Assembly: GCA_947623225.1 (NCBI GenBank)
Contig: CANQGO010000002.1
Coordinates: 16,714-80,713, forward strand
Source: an uncultured Clostridia bacterium
GTDB lineage: Bacteria > Bacillota > Clostridia > Christensenellales > CAG-314
DNA length: 64,000 nt
Reading direction: 5' to 3'
A program made the translations under genes and the position numbers. Of the stretch, positions 34,584-44,511 are shown one piece after another (position 1 is the stretch's first letter; the number at the start of each line of letters is the position of its first letter). The notes under the pieces are model-generated. The model searched no databases. It saw nothing but the letters and a program-made list of their open reading frames with translations, and was not told the origin of the DNA.

Positions 34584-36392
34584 TTATTCATCAGAGGTGG
34601 TTCCGGAGTCTGAGTTGTCATTTGTTTCCGAATCGTTACTCGATGATACTTCTTCCTGTGTTTCCGAAACATCTCCGTCTTCCCGCTCACAGTCCTCAGT
34701 GTCCGCCGTGATTTCGGGAAGTTTATTTGTGTTTTCACCCAACTGCGCCAACAGATCCTTGCGCTCTGCCTGCCACTCGGGGCTGCCCTTGTCGCCGCGG
34801 CGATTTAACTCTACTATCTTGGCTTGCAATTTGCTTGTAAGTTGATAACGGGAAGCGATGAACAATCCCAATCCCACTATAATGATAGGCAACAAAATGA
34901 ACGTGAGTTTTATAGCCGTTTGAGCGGCTTCGGGTTGCGACAGCGGCAACAACTGCACATTTATGCCTCCCTTGCCTTCTGTGACCTTAAAGTTTTCCAA
35001 AGCCATACCGAGATCATCTATTTGCTTATCAATACTCATGCCTTGCAGTGCATTATATTCGTCCATGGTGCGATACTGCGTCTCCACATATCCGGTCAAA
35101 CCTATGATCAACGGAGGAATGGCAAGTCCCACGGCTTGAGCGGTAGTGTTGAGGAAATTGTTAAGTCCGGAGAAGTTGCCTTCCGTACGTTCGCCGAAAT
35201 ACAACTCTCCCACATCACACACATCTCCGAATGCGCTATGCGGTACGAATACGGTTCCGCCGATACCGAGACCAAGCATCAGACCAAAGGCTATGAGCAA
35301 CCAATCGGGTGCTCCTTTCACCGTCTGGATCGATCCGTTCGCAAGTACGCTTACCTCGCCTTCCGCAGGCAAAAATACCATAAATGCCGCCACGATCATC
35401 CACACTGTTGCCCCCGTTATATAAGCAAAGCGTTTGGATCTCTTCTTGATAATGAACAAATACATAGGTAAAGCGATTATCTGAGCCACAAACATGGCTG
35501 CAGCCGCAATCGTTGCTATCGGGAAACGACTTGTCGCTCCGTCTAACCCAAGACTGTATGTATAAAATGTATTGCGTCTCAAAACATAGTCGCACAACGT
35601 GAAGAAGAAACTACTCATGACCGCCATGCCGAAACTGGCACACATCTGCATACCCAGGTGACGGCGATACGTAGCCATCTTCAGCGGACGAACGAATTCC
35701 TTTATGTCGAACTTGGATCTGACTGCGGGAGTCACCACCTGCTCATGACTGAACAGTGCCGCAACCAATATAGACACCATAAATATGCCGCCGAAGGTCA
35801 CAGCCATAATAATATACGAATTCGAGCCCTTCTCCGGCGAAGCAATCATTCCGGGAACAGCGACACATATAAGACTAGACATGATGGAGAAGGCAAGACG
35901 TACCGCATTGGTGCGGTTACGCTCGGCGAAATCATCCGTCATCTCGCTGGCGTGAGAATAATAGGGTATAAGAACGAAACTCTGTGCCGTTGCATACAGG
36001 ATATACACAAACACCACAAGGAAGCATTTTGCCCACACCTGGTCCACACAAATATTCCACGGGAAGAACAAAAGCACAAATCCCACCAAAACCAGCGGTG
36101 CACATAACAGCATAAAGAAACGCCTTTTGCCGAACTTGCCCGGTCGCTTGGCATCTGTAATCTTGCCGATAAACGGGTCAATGATACCGTCCCATATCTT
36201 GGTAAGCAGTAGTATCGGCGTCAGGTATATCATAGGTATACCGACTACCAGCGTAAGAAACGGCGTAAACAGGAAGTTGATTATATTGAAACTTCCCCCG
36301 CCGAATATATCTCCGCAAGCAAAAGCCAATTTGTTCCCGAGACTAACGTGACCCGGAGCAAATTGCTTTTTGGTCTTTGCGCGTGCGCTCAT
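34584..36392 (-). CDS. GPH-family (glycoside-pentoside-hexuronide) cation symporter with a long acidic C-terminal tail
   Basis: LAFACGDIFGGGSFNIINF and WDGIIDPFIGKITD are typical of the MelB/GPH family. The last ~100 aa are soluble and end in an Asp/Glu/Ser-rich tail. Confidence 0.82.
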   Translation of the reverse strand: MSARAKTKKQFAPGHVSLGNKLAFACGDIFGGGSFNIINFLFTPFLTLVVGIPMIYLTPILLLTKIWDGIIDPFIGKITDAKRPGKFGKRRFFMLLCAPLVLVGFVLLFFPWNICVDQVWAKCFLVVFVYILYATAQSFVLIPYYSHASEMTDDFAERNRTNAVRLAFSIMSSLICVAVPGMIASPEKGSNSYIIMAVTFGGIFMVSILVAALFSHEQVVTPAVRSKFDIKEFVRPLKMATYRRHLGMQMCASFGMAVMSSFFFTLCDYVLRRNTFYTYSLGLDGATSRFPIATIAAAAMFVAQIIALPMYLFIIKKRSKRFAYITGATVWMIVAAFMVFLPAEGEVSVLANGSIQTVKGAPDWLLIAFGLMLGLGIGGTVFVPHSAFGDVCDVGELYFGERTEGNFSGLNNFLNTTAQAVGLAIPPLIIGLTGYVETQYRTMDEYNALQGMSIDKQIDDLGMALENFKVTEGKGGINVQLLPLSQPEAAQTAIKLTFILLPIIIVGLGLFIASRYQLTSKLQAKIVELNRRGDKGSPEWQAERKDLLAQLGENTNKLPEITADTEDCEREDGDVSETQEEVSSSNDSETNDNSDSGTTSDE

Positions 36393-36423
36393 GATCTAAT
36401 CCTCCTTATATGTATACTGTATA

Positions 36424-37515
36424 TCAGACGTTGAATCGGAACAACACCACGTCTCCGTCTTTGACTACGTAGTCTTTGCCTTCGCTACGCACCTTGCCGT
36501 GCTCTTTCGCCTGGTTGTATCCACCCATTTGCAACATGACTTCATACGGAACTATTTCTGCGCGAATGAATCCTTTTTCAAAGTCGGTGTGGATCTTGCC
36601 CGCAGCCTGCGGAGCCTTGGTCCCTTCGGTAATGGTCCATGCGCGCGTTTCTTTCTCTCCTGCCGTCAGAAAACTTATGAGATGCAACAACTTGTAGCAC
36701 TTCTTCACCAGCCTGTTCAGGCCGCTTTCGCCTATGCCGTAACTTTCCAGGAACATTTGCTTGTCGTCCGGAGGCAACTTGGAGAGTTCCTCTTCCACCT
36801 TAGCGCAAATGACCAACGTCTCGGCATTTTCTTGTGCCGCTTGTTCCTGCACTTCCTTTACAAGCGGATTGTCATCATTTCCTATATCTTCCTCGGATAT
36901 ATTGGCGGCATATATCACCGGCTTGGCGGTAAGCAAGAACATTCCGTTCACCGCTTCCTGCTCCTCTTCGTCAAACGTCATCGTCCGCACAGGCTGACCG
37001 CTTTCGAGATGAGCGGATATACGCTGTAACAGTTCCGTTTCTATCTTGTATTTTTTGTCGCCCGTTTTCTGCATGGTTATGGCTTTATTCAGACGAGATG
37101 CAACGGTCTCTATATCTGCAAAGATGAGCTCGAGGTTGATGGTCTGCATATCGGAAACCGGGTCAACTTTGTTATTCACATGCGTGACATTGCTATCGGA
37201 AAAGCAACGTACCACATGCACTATCGCATCCACTTCGCGAATATGAGACAAAAATTTATTTCCCAATCCTTCGCCTTTGGATGCGCCCTTGACCAAACCC
37301 GCTATATCTACAAATCTCAAAAAAGTGGGAGTGATCTTCTTGCTGTTGTACAACGCTGCCAATTTGTCCAATCTCTCATCCGGCACCGGAACTACACCGA
37401 CATTCGGCTCTATTGTACAAAAAGGATAATTGGCGATCTCTGCTCCCGCTTGAGTGATCGCGTTGAAAAGTGTACTTTTGCCAACGTTTGGAAGGCCTAC
37501 AACTCCGAGTTTCAT
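36424..37515 (-). CDS. ychF: Redox-regulated ribosome-binding ATPase YchF
   Basis: MKLGVVGLPNVGKSTLFNAIT, a TGS-like C-terminus, 363 aa. Confidence 0.93.
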   Translation of the reverse strand: MKLGVVGLPNVGKSTLFNAITQAGAEIANYPFCTIEPNVGVVPVPDERLDKLAALYNSKKITPTFLRFVDIAGLVKGASKGEGLGNKFLSHIREVDAIVHVVRCFSDSNVTHVNNKVDPVSDMQTINLELIFADIETVASRLNKAITMQKTGDKKYKIETELLQRISAHLESGQPVRTMTFDEEEQEAVNGMFLLTAKPVIYAANISEEDIGNDDNPLVKEVQEQAAQENAETLVICAKVEEELSKLPPDDKQMFLESYGIGESGLNRLVKKCYKLLHLISFLTAGEKETRAWTITEGTKAPQAAGKIHTDFEKGFIRAEIVPYEVMLQMGGYNQAKEHGKVRSEGKDYVVKDGDVVLFRFNV

Positions 37516-37646
37516 AATCGCCTCTGTCTAAAATTCACAAAATTTGCATAAACTTGTATTACGCGAATATTCTCGCCGTACACGATCGACGAAGTTGATT
37601 TCATTCTAACACACTATTTACCAAAAGTAAATAAAAAAGGACGGAT

Positions 37647-38405
37647 ATGACGGTTTTACAAAGTTTATTTTTAGGTCTGTTGCAAGGGTTTACGGAATTT
37701 TTGCCCGTGTCCAGCAGCGGTCATCTTATGCTTGCAGAGTCGCTGTTTGACATAAACGGCGGACTGTTTTTCGACGTCATGCTACACCTGGGCACTCTGC
37801 TCGCCGTCCTTATAGCACTGCGCCACACCGTCTGGCAAACGATCCGACATCCAATGGCGAGCAAAAAACTTCTGTTCCTTACGGTCGCGAGCATTCCGAC
37901 ATTTGCCATCGCACTGCTCGTGAAACTATTTGTCCCGGAATATATAATGCGCTATGCGTTGCCGTTCGGTTTCGCGTCTACAATAGTATTGATAGTCTTG
38001 TCCGACAGACTATACAAGCAACGTTTCCGCCTGGAGCAGGCAGGATGGGGAAGTATCGTCGTCACTGGCATCACTCAGGGGATAGCGGTGTTGCCCGGTC
38101 TGTCACGCAGCGGCAGTACGATTTCCGTTATGAAGCTGTTCGGAATGAACGGCAGCGACGCTGCCGAGTTCAGTTTTCTACTCTCCGTGCCCGTCATTCT
38201 GGCAAGTGCCGTAGTAGAAGGTTGGGAAGCCTTGCATGCCGTAATCGCAACACCTTGGTACTGCGTGGCAATAGGAGTTACGGCGGCATTTCTGTCGGGG
38301 CTCGTATCAGTATATATGGTGATGCGAGCCATAAAGACAAAAAGTTGGATATGGTTTGCTGTATACCTGATAGTACCTTTCGTAATTTCGCTTATAATTT
38401 TGTAG
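37647..38405 (+). CDS. uppP: Undecaprenyl-diphosphate phosphatase
   Basis: GFTEFLPVSSSGHL and PGLSRSGSTI motifs in a polytopic 252-aa protein. Confidence 0.92.
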   Translation: MTVLQSLFLGLLQGFTEFLPVSSSGHLMLAESLFDINGGLFFDVMLHLGTLLAVLIALRHTVWQTIRHPMASKKLLFLTVASIPTFAIALLVKLFVPEYIMRYALPFGFASTIVLIVLSDRLYKQRFRLEQAGWGSIVVTGITQGIAVLPGLSRSGSTISVMKLFGMNGSDAAEFSFLLSVPVILASAVVEGWEALHAVIATPWYCVAIGVTAAFLSGLVSVYMVMRAIKTKSWIWFAVYLIVPFVISLIIL

Positions 38406-38416
38406 AATATATAAAG

Positions 38417-38438
38417 TGCACACCCGACGGGGTGTGCA
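38417..38438. terminator. Bidirectional terminator hairpin between uppP and the degV-family gene
   Basis: TGCACACCC-gacg-GGGTGTGCA (9 bp) between convergent genes. The flanking T/A runs are modest. Confidence 0.6.
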
Positions 38439-38451
38439 TATGTGTTTCAAA

Positions 38452-39336
38452 TCAGTCCTCTGCAGCAAGAGGGATGGGACGCTTGTCCGCAATGAATATC
38501 ACGCCGACCGTACCCGGTCCGCAGTGAGAGCCGATGACCGGTCCCACCGTCTGGCGAATTATCTTCGCTTCGGGACGGGCCGCCTTAATCATCTCGGCAA
38601 GGCTGTCGCCCTCTTGCGGGCAATCGGCATCCAATATGTATACCGGAAAATCCGTACCGGTGAGCTCGGCTATGACACGATTGGCCATTTTTTTCAACGC
38701 CTGCTTCTTTCCGCTGATTTTTTCGAAAACCTTCAGGCTTCCTTTTTCATCTATTGTCAAAACCGGCTTCAGGCTCAGAAGCGTACCGGCGAATGCGGCA
38801 AATCCGGACAATCTCCCGCCGCGCTTGAGATGCATCAGGTCATCCACCACGAAATAAACCGCCACTTTGTCGCGGAATTCCGTCAGTTTGGCTATGATCT
38901 CCTCATCGCTCGCCCCGCTGTTTTTCAACTCTGCAGCGTACTCCATCTGTATCCCCGATCCGAGACAGATCGATTTGGTGTCGAATACAGTGCATTTACG
39001 ATCAGGGTACTTGTCGTGCAATTGCTCGAGTGCCATGTCCAAGTGATCAAAGGTACCGCTCATCGCATGGGAAAAGCTGACATACAGCACGTCTTCGCCT
39101 TTGGCAAATATCGGCTCGATTATCTGCACATATTCTTCGGGGTTCAGTGCCATGGTCTTGGGCACCTCTCCGCCTCTGACAGCATCATAAAATGCGCGGA
39201 AATCGGTATTTTTGCCCAAGTCGTAGTAGTAGACATTGCCGCCGTAGCTGTACGGCATGGGGATAGAATACAGTCCCAACTCTTCGGCGCGAGTATACCA
39301 AAGTTCGCCGTCCGCATCGCAAATAAGAACACTCAT
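38452..39336 (-). CDS. DegV family fatty-acid-binding protein
   Basis: A 294-aa protein with DegV-type sequence (…TMALNPEEY…VLYVSFSHAMSGTF…FVVDDLMHLKRGGRLS…). Confidence 0.85.
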   Translation of the reverse strand: MSVLICDADGELWYTRAEELGLYSIPMPYSYGGNVYYYDLGKNTDFRAFYDAVRGGEVPKTMALNPEEYVQIIEPIFAKGEDVLYVSFSHAMSGTFDHLDMALEQLHDKYPDRKCTVFDTKSICLGSGIQMEYAAELKNSGASDEEIIAKLTEFRDKVAVYFVVDDLMHLKRGGRLSGFAAFAGTLLSLKPVLTIDEKGSLKVFEKISGKKQALKKMANRVIAELTGTDFPVYILDADCPQEGDSLAEMIKAARPEAKIIRQTVGPVIGSHCGPGTVGVIFIADKRPIPLAAED

Positions 39337-39467
39337 ACTTCCTCCTATTCACTTGCACGCGCAAATACAAAATAATTGTGACGGTTTTTCCGAAACCGCC
39401 CACATTACGACACAATTTTACCACATTGGTCGTACGTCGTCAAATATTTCACAAAAGTTTACAATTA

Positions 39468-39500
39468 CAAAAAACAACCGCTTTTGCGATTGCTTTTTTT
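39468..39500. terminator. Bidirectional intrinsic terminator downstream of gltX
   Basis: CAACCGC-tttt-GCGATTG, flanked by A7 on the left and T8 on the right. Confidence 0.7.
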
Positions 39501-39503
39501 GAC

Positions 39504-40937
39504 TTATCCGAGTTGCGTTATGGATCTGTCGAGGCGACGTAGAGTTTCTTCTCTTCCCAGCAGCTCGGCGATCTCGCTGGCACCTCCAGGCGTGGCGGCG
39601 AGTCCCGTCAACGCTATGCGCGCCGGCCAAAGCACTTTGCCGTTTTTGACGCCCATTTCCTGTGCCAATTCCACCAATGCCGCATACAAGTGCTCGTTGT
39701 CCCACAATGCCGCCGAGGCAAATTTGTCCCTCACTAACGGCAACACTTCCTTTGCGGTGCTTGCGTCGGTTTTTTGTTTTTGATTCTCGTACAATGCGTT
39801 GTCAAAATCGCCGAACTCCACCAGAAAGCGCAACTTATCCTCTATTTCAGCGAATGTCTCTATACGGCTTTGGATCAATTTGCAGACTTTTTCTTTGTCA
39901 AAATCTTTGAGATAGCATCTGTCCAGCCAAGGAGACGCATATTCTTCAAAAGCCTCCGGCGACATTTCCTTGATATACAGCGAATTCAACCATGCCAACT
40001 TCTTGGGGTCGAAAATGGACGGACTCTTATTGATTCCGCTTATATCGAACTTGCTCAGCAATTCGTCGAAACTCATCTTCTCGCTGTCATCCTTGGGCGA
40101 CCAGCCGAGCAGTGCTATATAGTTGATGATAGCTTCCTTCAAAAATCCTTTGGCTATCAGATCTTCGTAGCTTGCATCTCCGTTGCGCTTGCTCAACTTG
40201 TGCTGAGCATCTTTCATGATGGGAGGCATGTGAATATACATGGGACGTTCCCAGCCGAACGCATCGTACAGCAGATTGTATTTCGGAGTGCTGCTCAAGT
40301 ACTCTATTCCGCGCATTACGCAATTGATGCCCATCAGGTGGTCATCTATCACGTTGGCAAAGTTGTATGTGGGCATCCCGTCCGACTTGATGAGGATTTG
40401 GTCTTCCAGTTCGCTGTTTTCTATAGTTATATCCCCATACACGGCATCATGGTATGTGGTGCTGCCTTCCGTAGGCATATTTTGGCGAATAACATACTTG
40501 TCGCCGCGAGCGAGCCTCTCTGCCACCTCTTGCTCGGACAGGTGCAGACAATGCTTGTCGTAACGCCGCGCTCCATTGACGGAGGGCAACGACTCCAACC
40601 TTTCTTCGCTGCAGAAACAGTAATAAGCGTGTCCGCTCTTCACCAACTGCCGGGCATACTTGAGATATTCATCCGAACGCTGGCTCTGGATATACGGTCC
40701 GTAATCTCCGCCCACGTCGGGACCCTCGTCATAGTTAAGTCCCGTCTCGTGCAATGTTCTGTATATTATCTCTACTGCGCCTTCTACGTACCTGCCTTGA
40801 TCGGTATCCTCTATACGCAGGATGAATTTGCCGTTATTTTTCTTGGCATACAGATATGAATACAACGCCGTGCGCAGTCCGCCTATATGCAAATACCCCG
40901 TAGGACTGGGTGCGAATCTTGTTCTGAGTTGCGACAT
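39504..40937 (-). CDS. gltX: Glutamate--tRNA ligase
   Basis: RFAPSPTGYLHIGGLRTAL (HIGH region) and KLSKRNG (KMSKS region), 477 aa. Confidence 0.95.
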   Translation of the reverse strand: MSQLRTRFAPSPTGYLHIGGLRTALYSYLYAKKNNGKFILRIEDTDQGRYVEGAVEIIYRTLHETGLNYDEGPDVGGDYGPYIQSQRSDEYLKYARQLVKSGHAYYCFCSEERLESLPSVNGARRYDKHCLHLSEQEVAERLARGDKYVIRQNMPTEGSTTYHDAVYGDITIENSELEDQILIKSDGMPTYNFANVIDDHLMGINCVMRGIEYLSSTPKYNLLYDAFGWERPMYIHMPPIMKDAQHKLSKRNGDASYEDLIAKGFLKEAIINYIALLGWSPKDDSEKMSFDELLSKFDISGINKSPSIFDPKKLAWLNSLYIKEMSPEAFEEYASPWLDRCYLKDFDKEKVCKLIQSRIETFAEIEDKLRFLVEFGDFDNALYENQKQKTDASTAKEVLPLVRDKFASAALWDNEHLYAALVELAQEMGVKNGKVLWPARIALTGLAATPGGASEIAELLGREETLRRLDRSITQLG

Positions 40938-40952
40938 ATATACCTCTTAGTA

Positions 40953-41696
40953 TTATTTTTGTTTTCTACCGCCGATCCTGGACTTTTCAAACGAAAAACT
41001 GTAAAAGCTCTCGCTGTTGAAAATAACATGGTCCATCAACACTATATTCACAGCGTGAAGAGCCTCTTCCATCCTTTGCGTAAATTGCCTGTCTGCCTCG
41101 CTCGGCTGGCAAGGGCCCCACACGTGAGAATGACACATGATCACGCCCTGTGCGCTGCAATTCAATGCGGTTCGGACTATGTCCGTCGGCTCGACGAATA
41201 CGGAGTTGGGACTGCCGGAAGTCTTAATGTCCTTCTTGATAAGCTTGCTATCACCGTCCAGGTACATGATGATCATCGCCTCTTCGGTCCTGCCCGCCAG
41301 TAGTGTCCGAGCGTAATTCAGTATATCTGCTACCGATCGGATCTGTACGCCCTGAGCACGACAGCGTTCGCAACGAACTCCACATTCCTTGATCAGCAAA
41401 ATATGACAAGCAACGGCTTTTCCTACACCATTCACGCTGACCAACTGGTCGTAAGACGCATCTATCACTCTGTCGAGCGATCCGAAAGAATTGATCAGCC
41501 TGTGCGCCAGTCTGTTGGTGTTGGCTCGGCGGATCGTTCCGAACAATAGCCCTTCCAGGATCTCATGATCCTGCATGGATTCCATTCCGTTATTTACAAT
41601 ACGGTCTCTGAATCTCTCACGATGCCCTTCGTTTTCGTTCTTGTTTTCGTCGTAAACCTTTTTGATTCCTTGATTTGTTGCGTCTGTTTGTTTCAT
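40953..41696 (-). CDS. radC: RadC-family JAB-domain protein
   Basis: The start is corrected to ATG 41696 (MKQTDATNQG). It has an HhH region (LVSVNGVGKAVACHIL) and a JAMM-like HSHVWGPCQPSEADRQFT. Confidence 0.85.
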   Translation of the reverse strand: MKQTDATNQGIKKVYDENKNENEGHRERFRDRIVNNGMESMQDHEILEGLLFGTIRRANTNRLAHRLINSFGSLDRVIDASYDQLVSVNGVGKAVACHILLIKECGVRCERCRAQGVQIRSVADILNYARTLLAGRTEEAMIIMYLDGDSKLIKKDIKTSGSPNSVFVEPTDIVRTALNCSAQGVIMCHSHVWGPCQPSEADRQFTQRMEEALHAVNIVLMDHVIFNSESFYSFSFEKSRIGGRKQK

Positions 41697-41804
41697 ATTT
41701 TCTCTTGTCAAATGATTTTCCCGATTAATGCTTCTATATGATAGCACATTGTTGAGAATTTGTGTATAATATAGACAAGAAATTTTATCTACGCGGAGAA
41801 AAAT

Positions 41805-43133
41805 ATGGAAAAAGCAAGAAAAATACTCGACGAACAATTTGACGAACTAGTCCACGCCCTTCGTAATGTGATATGTTTCGACACGGAAAAGTCCGCACCC
41901 GCACCCGATGCTCCCTTCGGCACGAACATAAAAAGGTGCCTTGACTATACGCTTGAATTGGCTGCGTCATTTGGGTTGGATACGTATAATTGCGACGGAT
42001 ACGCCGGACATGCTCAACTTGCCGGCAGCGGCAGCGAAGTATTGGGCATACTAGGTCATCTGGACGTGGTGCCCGCCAAGCCTTCAGAGTGGAAATATCC
42101 CCCATACGCGGCGGAGATACACGACTGCAAACTGTACGGAAGAGGAACCATGGACGATAAAGGCCCCATGATCGCATGCCTGTACGCGCTGAAGGCGTTG
42201 AAAGAGTCGGGCTTCACCCCGTCCAAGACCATCCGCATCATATTCGGTTGCGATGAGGAAAGCGGCATGGCGTGTGTGGAACATTATTTTTCAAAAATGC
42301 CATACCCCACCGTTTCGTTCAGCCCCGACGGAGACTTCCCCGTTATCAATCGCGAAAAAGGCATATACCAATTTGACATTGTATGCGGCAAACTGCCCGA
42401 CGGCGTGACGATTACGGCAGGAGAACGCGCAAACGTGGTACCGTCACTTTGCACTGCGGTTAGCCCGATCCGCTTGAACACGGGCGCACATATCACTTGC
42501 GACGCCGGGACAAAAGCCCACACTTATACTGCTACAGGCAAGGCGGCGCACGGCAGTACCCCCGACGAAGGGATCAACGCCACGCACAACTTGCTGCACG
42601 CGCTTGCCGACGCCTTCCCGGACAATGCCACATTGAAATTCTTGGATGACAGCGTGACAGATACTACGGGCAGCAAATGGCACATTGCCCTCTGCGATCG
42701 AGAAAGCGGTCGTCTCACCTGCAATCTCGGCGTGCTACGCACCGCATCCGACGGTACACTCACCGCCACCGTGGATATACGTTTTCCCGTCACATACACC
42801 TGCGATCAAATGTACGAACTGCTGCGCACCAATACCCCAAGCGAATTCCAAATCGTACCGCAACACATAAGTGAACCGTTATTCGTCCCGTCAGACAGCG
42901 CGCTCGTGACAACGCTGATGAACGTATACAACAGCGAAATGCATACAAACCTGCAGCCTCTTGCCATCGGCGGCGGGACATACAGCAGATGCCTTCCCAA
43001 CTGCGTCGCATTCGGCCCGCTGTTCCCGGGCGAGGCACAGACCATACACATGCCCGACGAAGCCATCTCTTTGGGCAATCTGCGTACCATGTCTCTGCTG
43101 TATCTCGAAGCAATATATCGCCTTTCCAGATAA
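41805..43133 (+). CDS. pepV: M20 family dipeptidase (PepV/Sapep-like)
   Basis: GHLDVVPA and GRGTMDDKGP motifs, 442 aa. Confidence 0.85.
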   Translation: MEKARKILDEQFDELVHALRNVICFDTEKSAPAPDAPFGTNIKRCLDYTLELAASFGLDTYNCDGYAGHAQLAGSGSEVLGILGHLDVVPAKPSEWKYPPYAAEIHDCKLYGRGTMDDKGPMIACLYALKALKESGFTPSKTIRIIFGCDEESGMACVEHYFSKMPYPTVSFSPDGDFPVINREKGIYQFDIVCGKLPDGVTITAGERANVVPSLCTAVSPIRLNTGAHITCDAGTKAHTYTATGKAAHGSTPDEGINATHNLLHALADAFPDNATLKFLDDSVTDTTGSKWHIALCDRESGRLTCNLGVLRTASDGTLTATVDIRFPVTYTCDQMYELLRTNTPSEFQIVPQHISEPLFVPSDSALVTTLMNVYNSEMHTNLQPLAIGGGTYSRCLPNCVAFGPLFPGEAQTIHMPDEAISLGNLRTMSLLYLEAIYRLSR

Positions 43134-43145
43134 AAACACAAGAAA

Positions 43146-43180
43146 AACGCGGCGGAACTCGATCCGTCGCGTTTTCTTTT
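43146..43180. terminator. Bidirectional intrinsic terminator between pepV and mscL
   Basis: AACGCGGCGG / CCGTCGCGTT stem (one G-U), then TTTTCTTTT. AGAAAAA lies on the left side. Confidence 0.7.
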
Positions 43181-43187
43181 GCCGAAA

Positions 43188-43799
43188 CTATTGCTTGTTC
43201 TCTCTGAGCAGGTCCACGATCTCGGTGAGCAACTCCTGCTCCGTCTTGGGCGCGTTGGCTGCAGCCTCTTCTGCCGCTTTGCGATCCGCCTCTTCCTGCT
43301 CGGCTTTCTTCTGAGCAGCGATCGCAAGAATTTCCTGCGTGGTCTTCCCTTCGCGACGGAATGCTACAACGTCTTCCTTGGACAGAGGTGCGTATTTGCC
43401 CTTCTGCTTGTCTGCATTTTCATGCACCGTGTTGATCGCCTTGATGATGCAGAACAGCACTATGGCTATAAGCAGGAAGTTGATGATGGCGGTGATGAAC
43501 GCACCCCAGTCAATATATATAGACTTGGTCAGGTCTATTATTTGCTTTCCTTGCTCGTCCAGCAAAATCTTGCCGTCATCTCCCACCTGGTAAGAGGTCT
43601 GCAAGAACGTATATATATTCTCAAAGCCCTTGCCGCCGGTCACCATAAACAACACCCAATTGACTATAGGCATGAGTATGTTGTTCGTGAGCGCAGTCAC
43701 TATCGCCGTAAATGCACCGCCGATGATAACGCCGACAGCCATATCGATAACATTACCACGCGTGATGAATTTCTTGAATTCGCCAAAAAATTTTCTCAT
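43188..43799 (-). CDS. mscL: Large-conductance mechanosensitive channel, extended form (203 aa)
   Basis: The start is corrected to ATG 43799 (MRKFFGEFKKFITRGNVIDMAVGVIIGGAFTAIV), with AAGGAGAAG upstream. It has a long loop and a charged C-terminal tail. Confidence 0.88.
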   Translation of the reverse strand: MRKFFGEFKKFITRGNVIDMAVGVIIGGAFTAIVTALTNNILMPIVNWVLFMVTGGKGFENIYTFLQTSYQVGDDGKILLDEQGKQIIDLTKSIYIDWGAFITAIINFLLIAIVLFCIIKAINTVHENADKQKGKYAPLSKEDVVAFRREGKTTQEILAIAAQKKAEQEEADRKAAEEAAANAPKTEQELLTEIVDLLRENKQ

Positions 43800-43926
43800 A
43801 ACTTCTCCTTTTGGTAATAATATTTTATTTGTGCTCATAGTATAGCACCGCTCGCCTGTTTTTTCAAGCAGTTTCAACCAACAAAAGATTATTGTGCGGC
43901 CCTTCATATAAAATCTGCTCAATCAG

Positions 43927-43955
43927 TTGCAAAAAAGTTTGCAATCTTGTATAAT
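43927..43955 (+). promoter_or_regulatory. Sigma-A promoter of tRNA-Pro
   Basis: TTGCAA (43927-43932), a 17-nt spacer, TATAAT (43950-43955), 11 nt before the tRNA 5' end. Confidence 0.65.
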
Positions 43956-43966
43956 AGTATGGCAAT

Positions 43967-44042
43967 CGAGGTGTAGCGCAGTTGGTAGCGCGCTTGGTTC
44001 GGGACCAAGAGGCCGCTGGTTCGAGTCCAGTCACTTCGACCA
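43967..44042 (+). tRNA. tRNA-Pro (anticodon CGG), CCA encoded
   Basis: I folded the cloverleaf by hand. The acceptor stem is CGAGGTG/CACTTCG, the D stem GCGC/GCGC, the anticodon stem CTTGG/CCAAG with loop TTCGGGA, and the T arm GCTGG-TTCGAGT-CCAGT. The discriminator is A, followed by CCA. Confidence 0.93.
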
Positions 44043-44044
44043 CT

Positions 44045-44092
44045 CTGGACTCAACCGAACCCGTAAGGGAGAAGTTGAGTCCAGATTTGTAT
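44045..44092 (+). terminator. Terminator hairpin after tRNA-Pro
   Basis: An 11-bp stem CTGGACTCAAC / GTTGAGTCCAG followed by ATTTGTATAT (a weak U tract). Confidence 0.55.
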
Positions 44093-44155
44093 ATACCGTA
44101 ACAACGTCCATATATTTTGTCTTTCGTCCGTTGGTTGTAGCACAGTTCTCGTGCA

Positions 44156-44264
44156 AGTCAACGGCGAAAAATTTTTGTAATATATTCAATGTTTTGAGGA
44201 GTCGAGATGTTAAATTCTCGGTTCTTTCTTTTTACAAAAATTTTTATGTTTTCCCGTTGACTTA
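44156..44264. repeat. Long interrupted inverted repeat (10 bp + 13 bp arms) enclosing a 53-nt loop
   Basis: AAGTCAACGG (44156-65) pairs with CCGTTGACTT (44255-64). AAAAATTTTTGTA (44168-80) pairs with TACAAAAATTTTT (44234-46). The loop holds GAGGAG and the start (ATG 44208) of a 17-codon ORF (MLNSRFFLFTKIFMFSR) that runs on into arm 2. Confidence 0.6.
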
Positions 44265-44483
44265 TACAATAACAAATTTTAATACAATATCTTACAGACC
44301 GACCTGTGCTATGCCTGTTCTGCCGAAAGGCAAAAAATATATGGAGGTATATTCGGTTGGACAAACCTCCTCTCGACCACGCTGTTGTAACTCGTTGAAA
44401 AAACTTTTCTTGCTATCTTGTGACTCATTTTTTGCTTTGATTCCTAAAGGGCAAGCAAAACAACAAGAGAGTTATATTCGAAT

Positions 44484-44511
44484 TTGCATTTTTATATTTT
44501 TGTGATATAAT
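44484..44511 (+). promoter_or_regulatory. Sigma-A promoter of the Cys/His-repeat lipoprotein gene
   Basis: TTGCAT (44484-89), a 16-nt spacer ending in TGa, TATAAT (44506-11). AAGAGGTG and the TTG start at 44533 follow. Confidence 0.55.

Noticed and set aside
44071-44085. GAGTCCAG downstream of tRNA-Pro, matching the tRNA T-arm/acceptor junction, as a possible att duplication marking an integrated element.
   Set aside because: The match is only 8 nt, and it forms the 3' arm of the tRNA terminator hairpin. That is too short to support an integration-site claim.
43927-44505. A 192-aa + strand ORF.
   Set aside because: It reads straight through the tRNA-Pro gene and its terminator and then through AT-rich non-coding DNA. 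It is an artefact.
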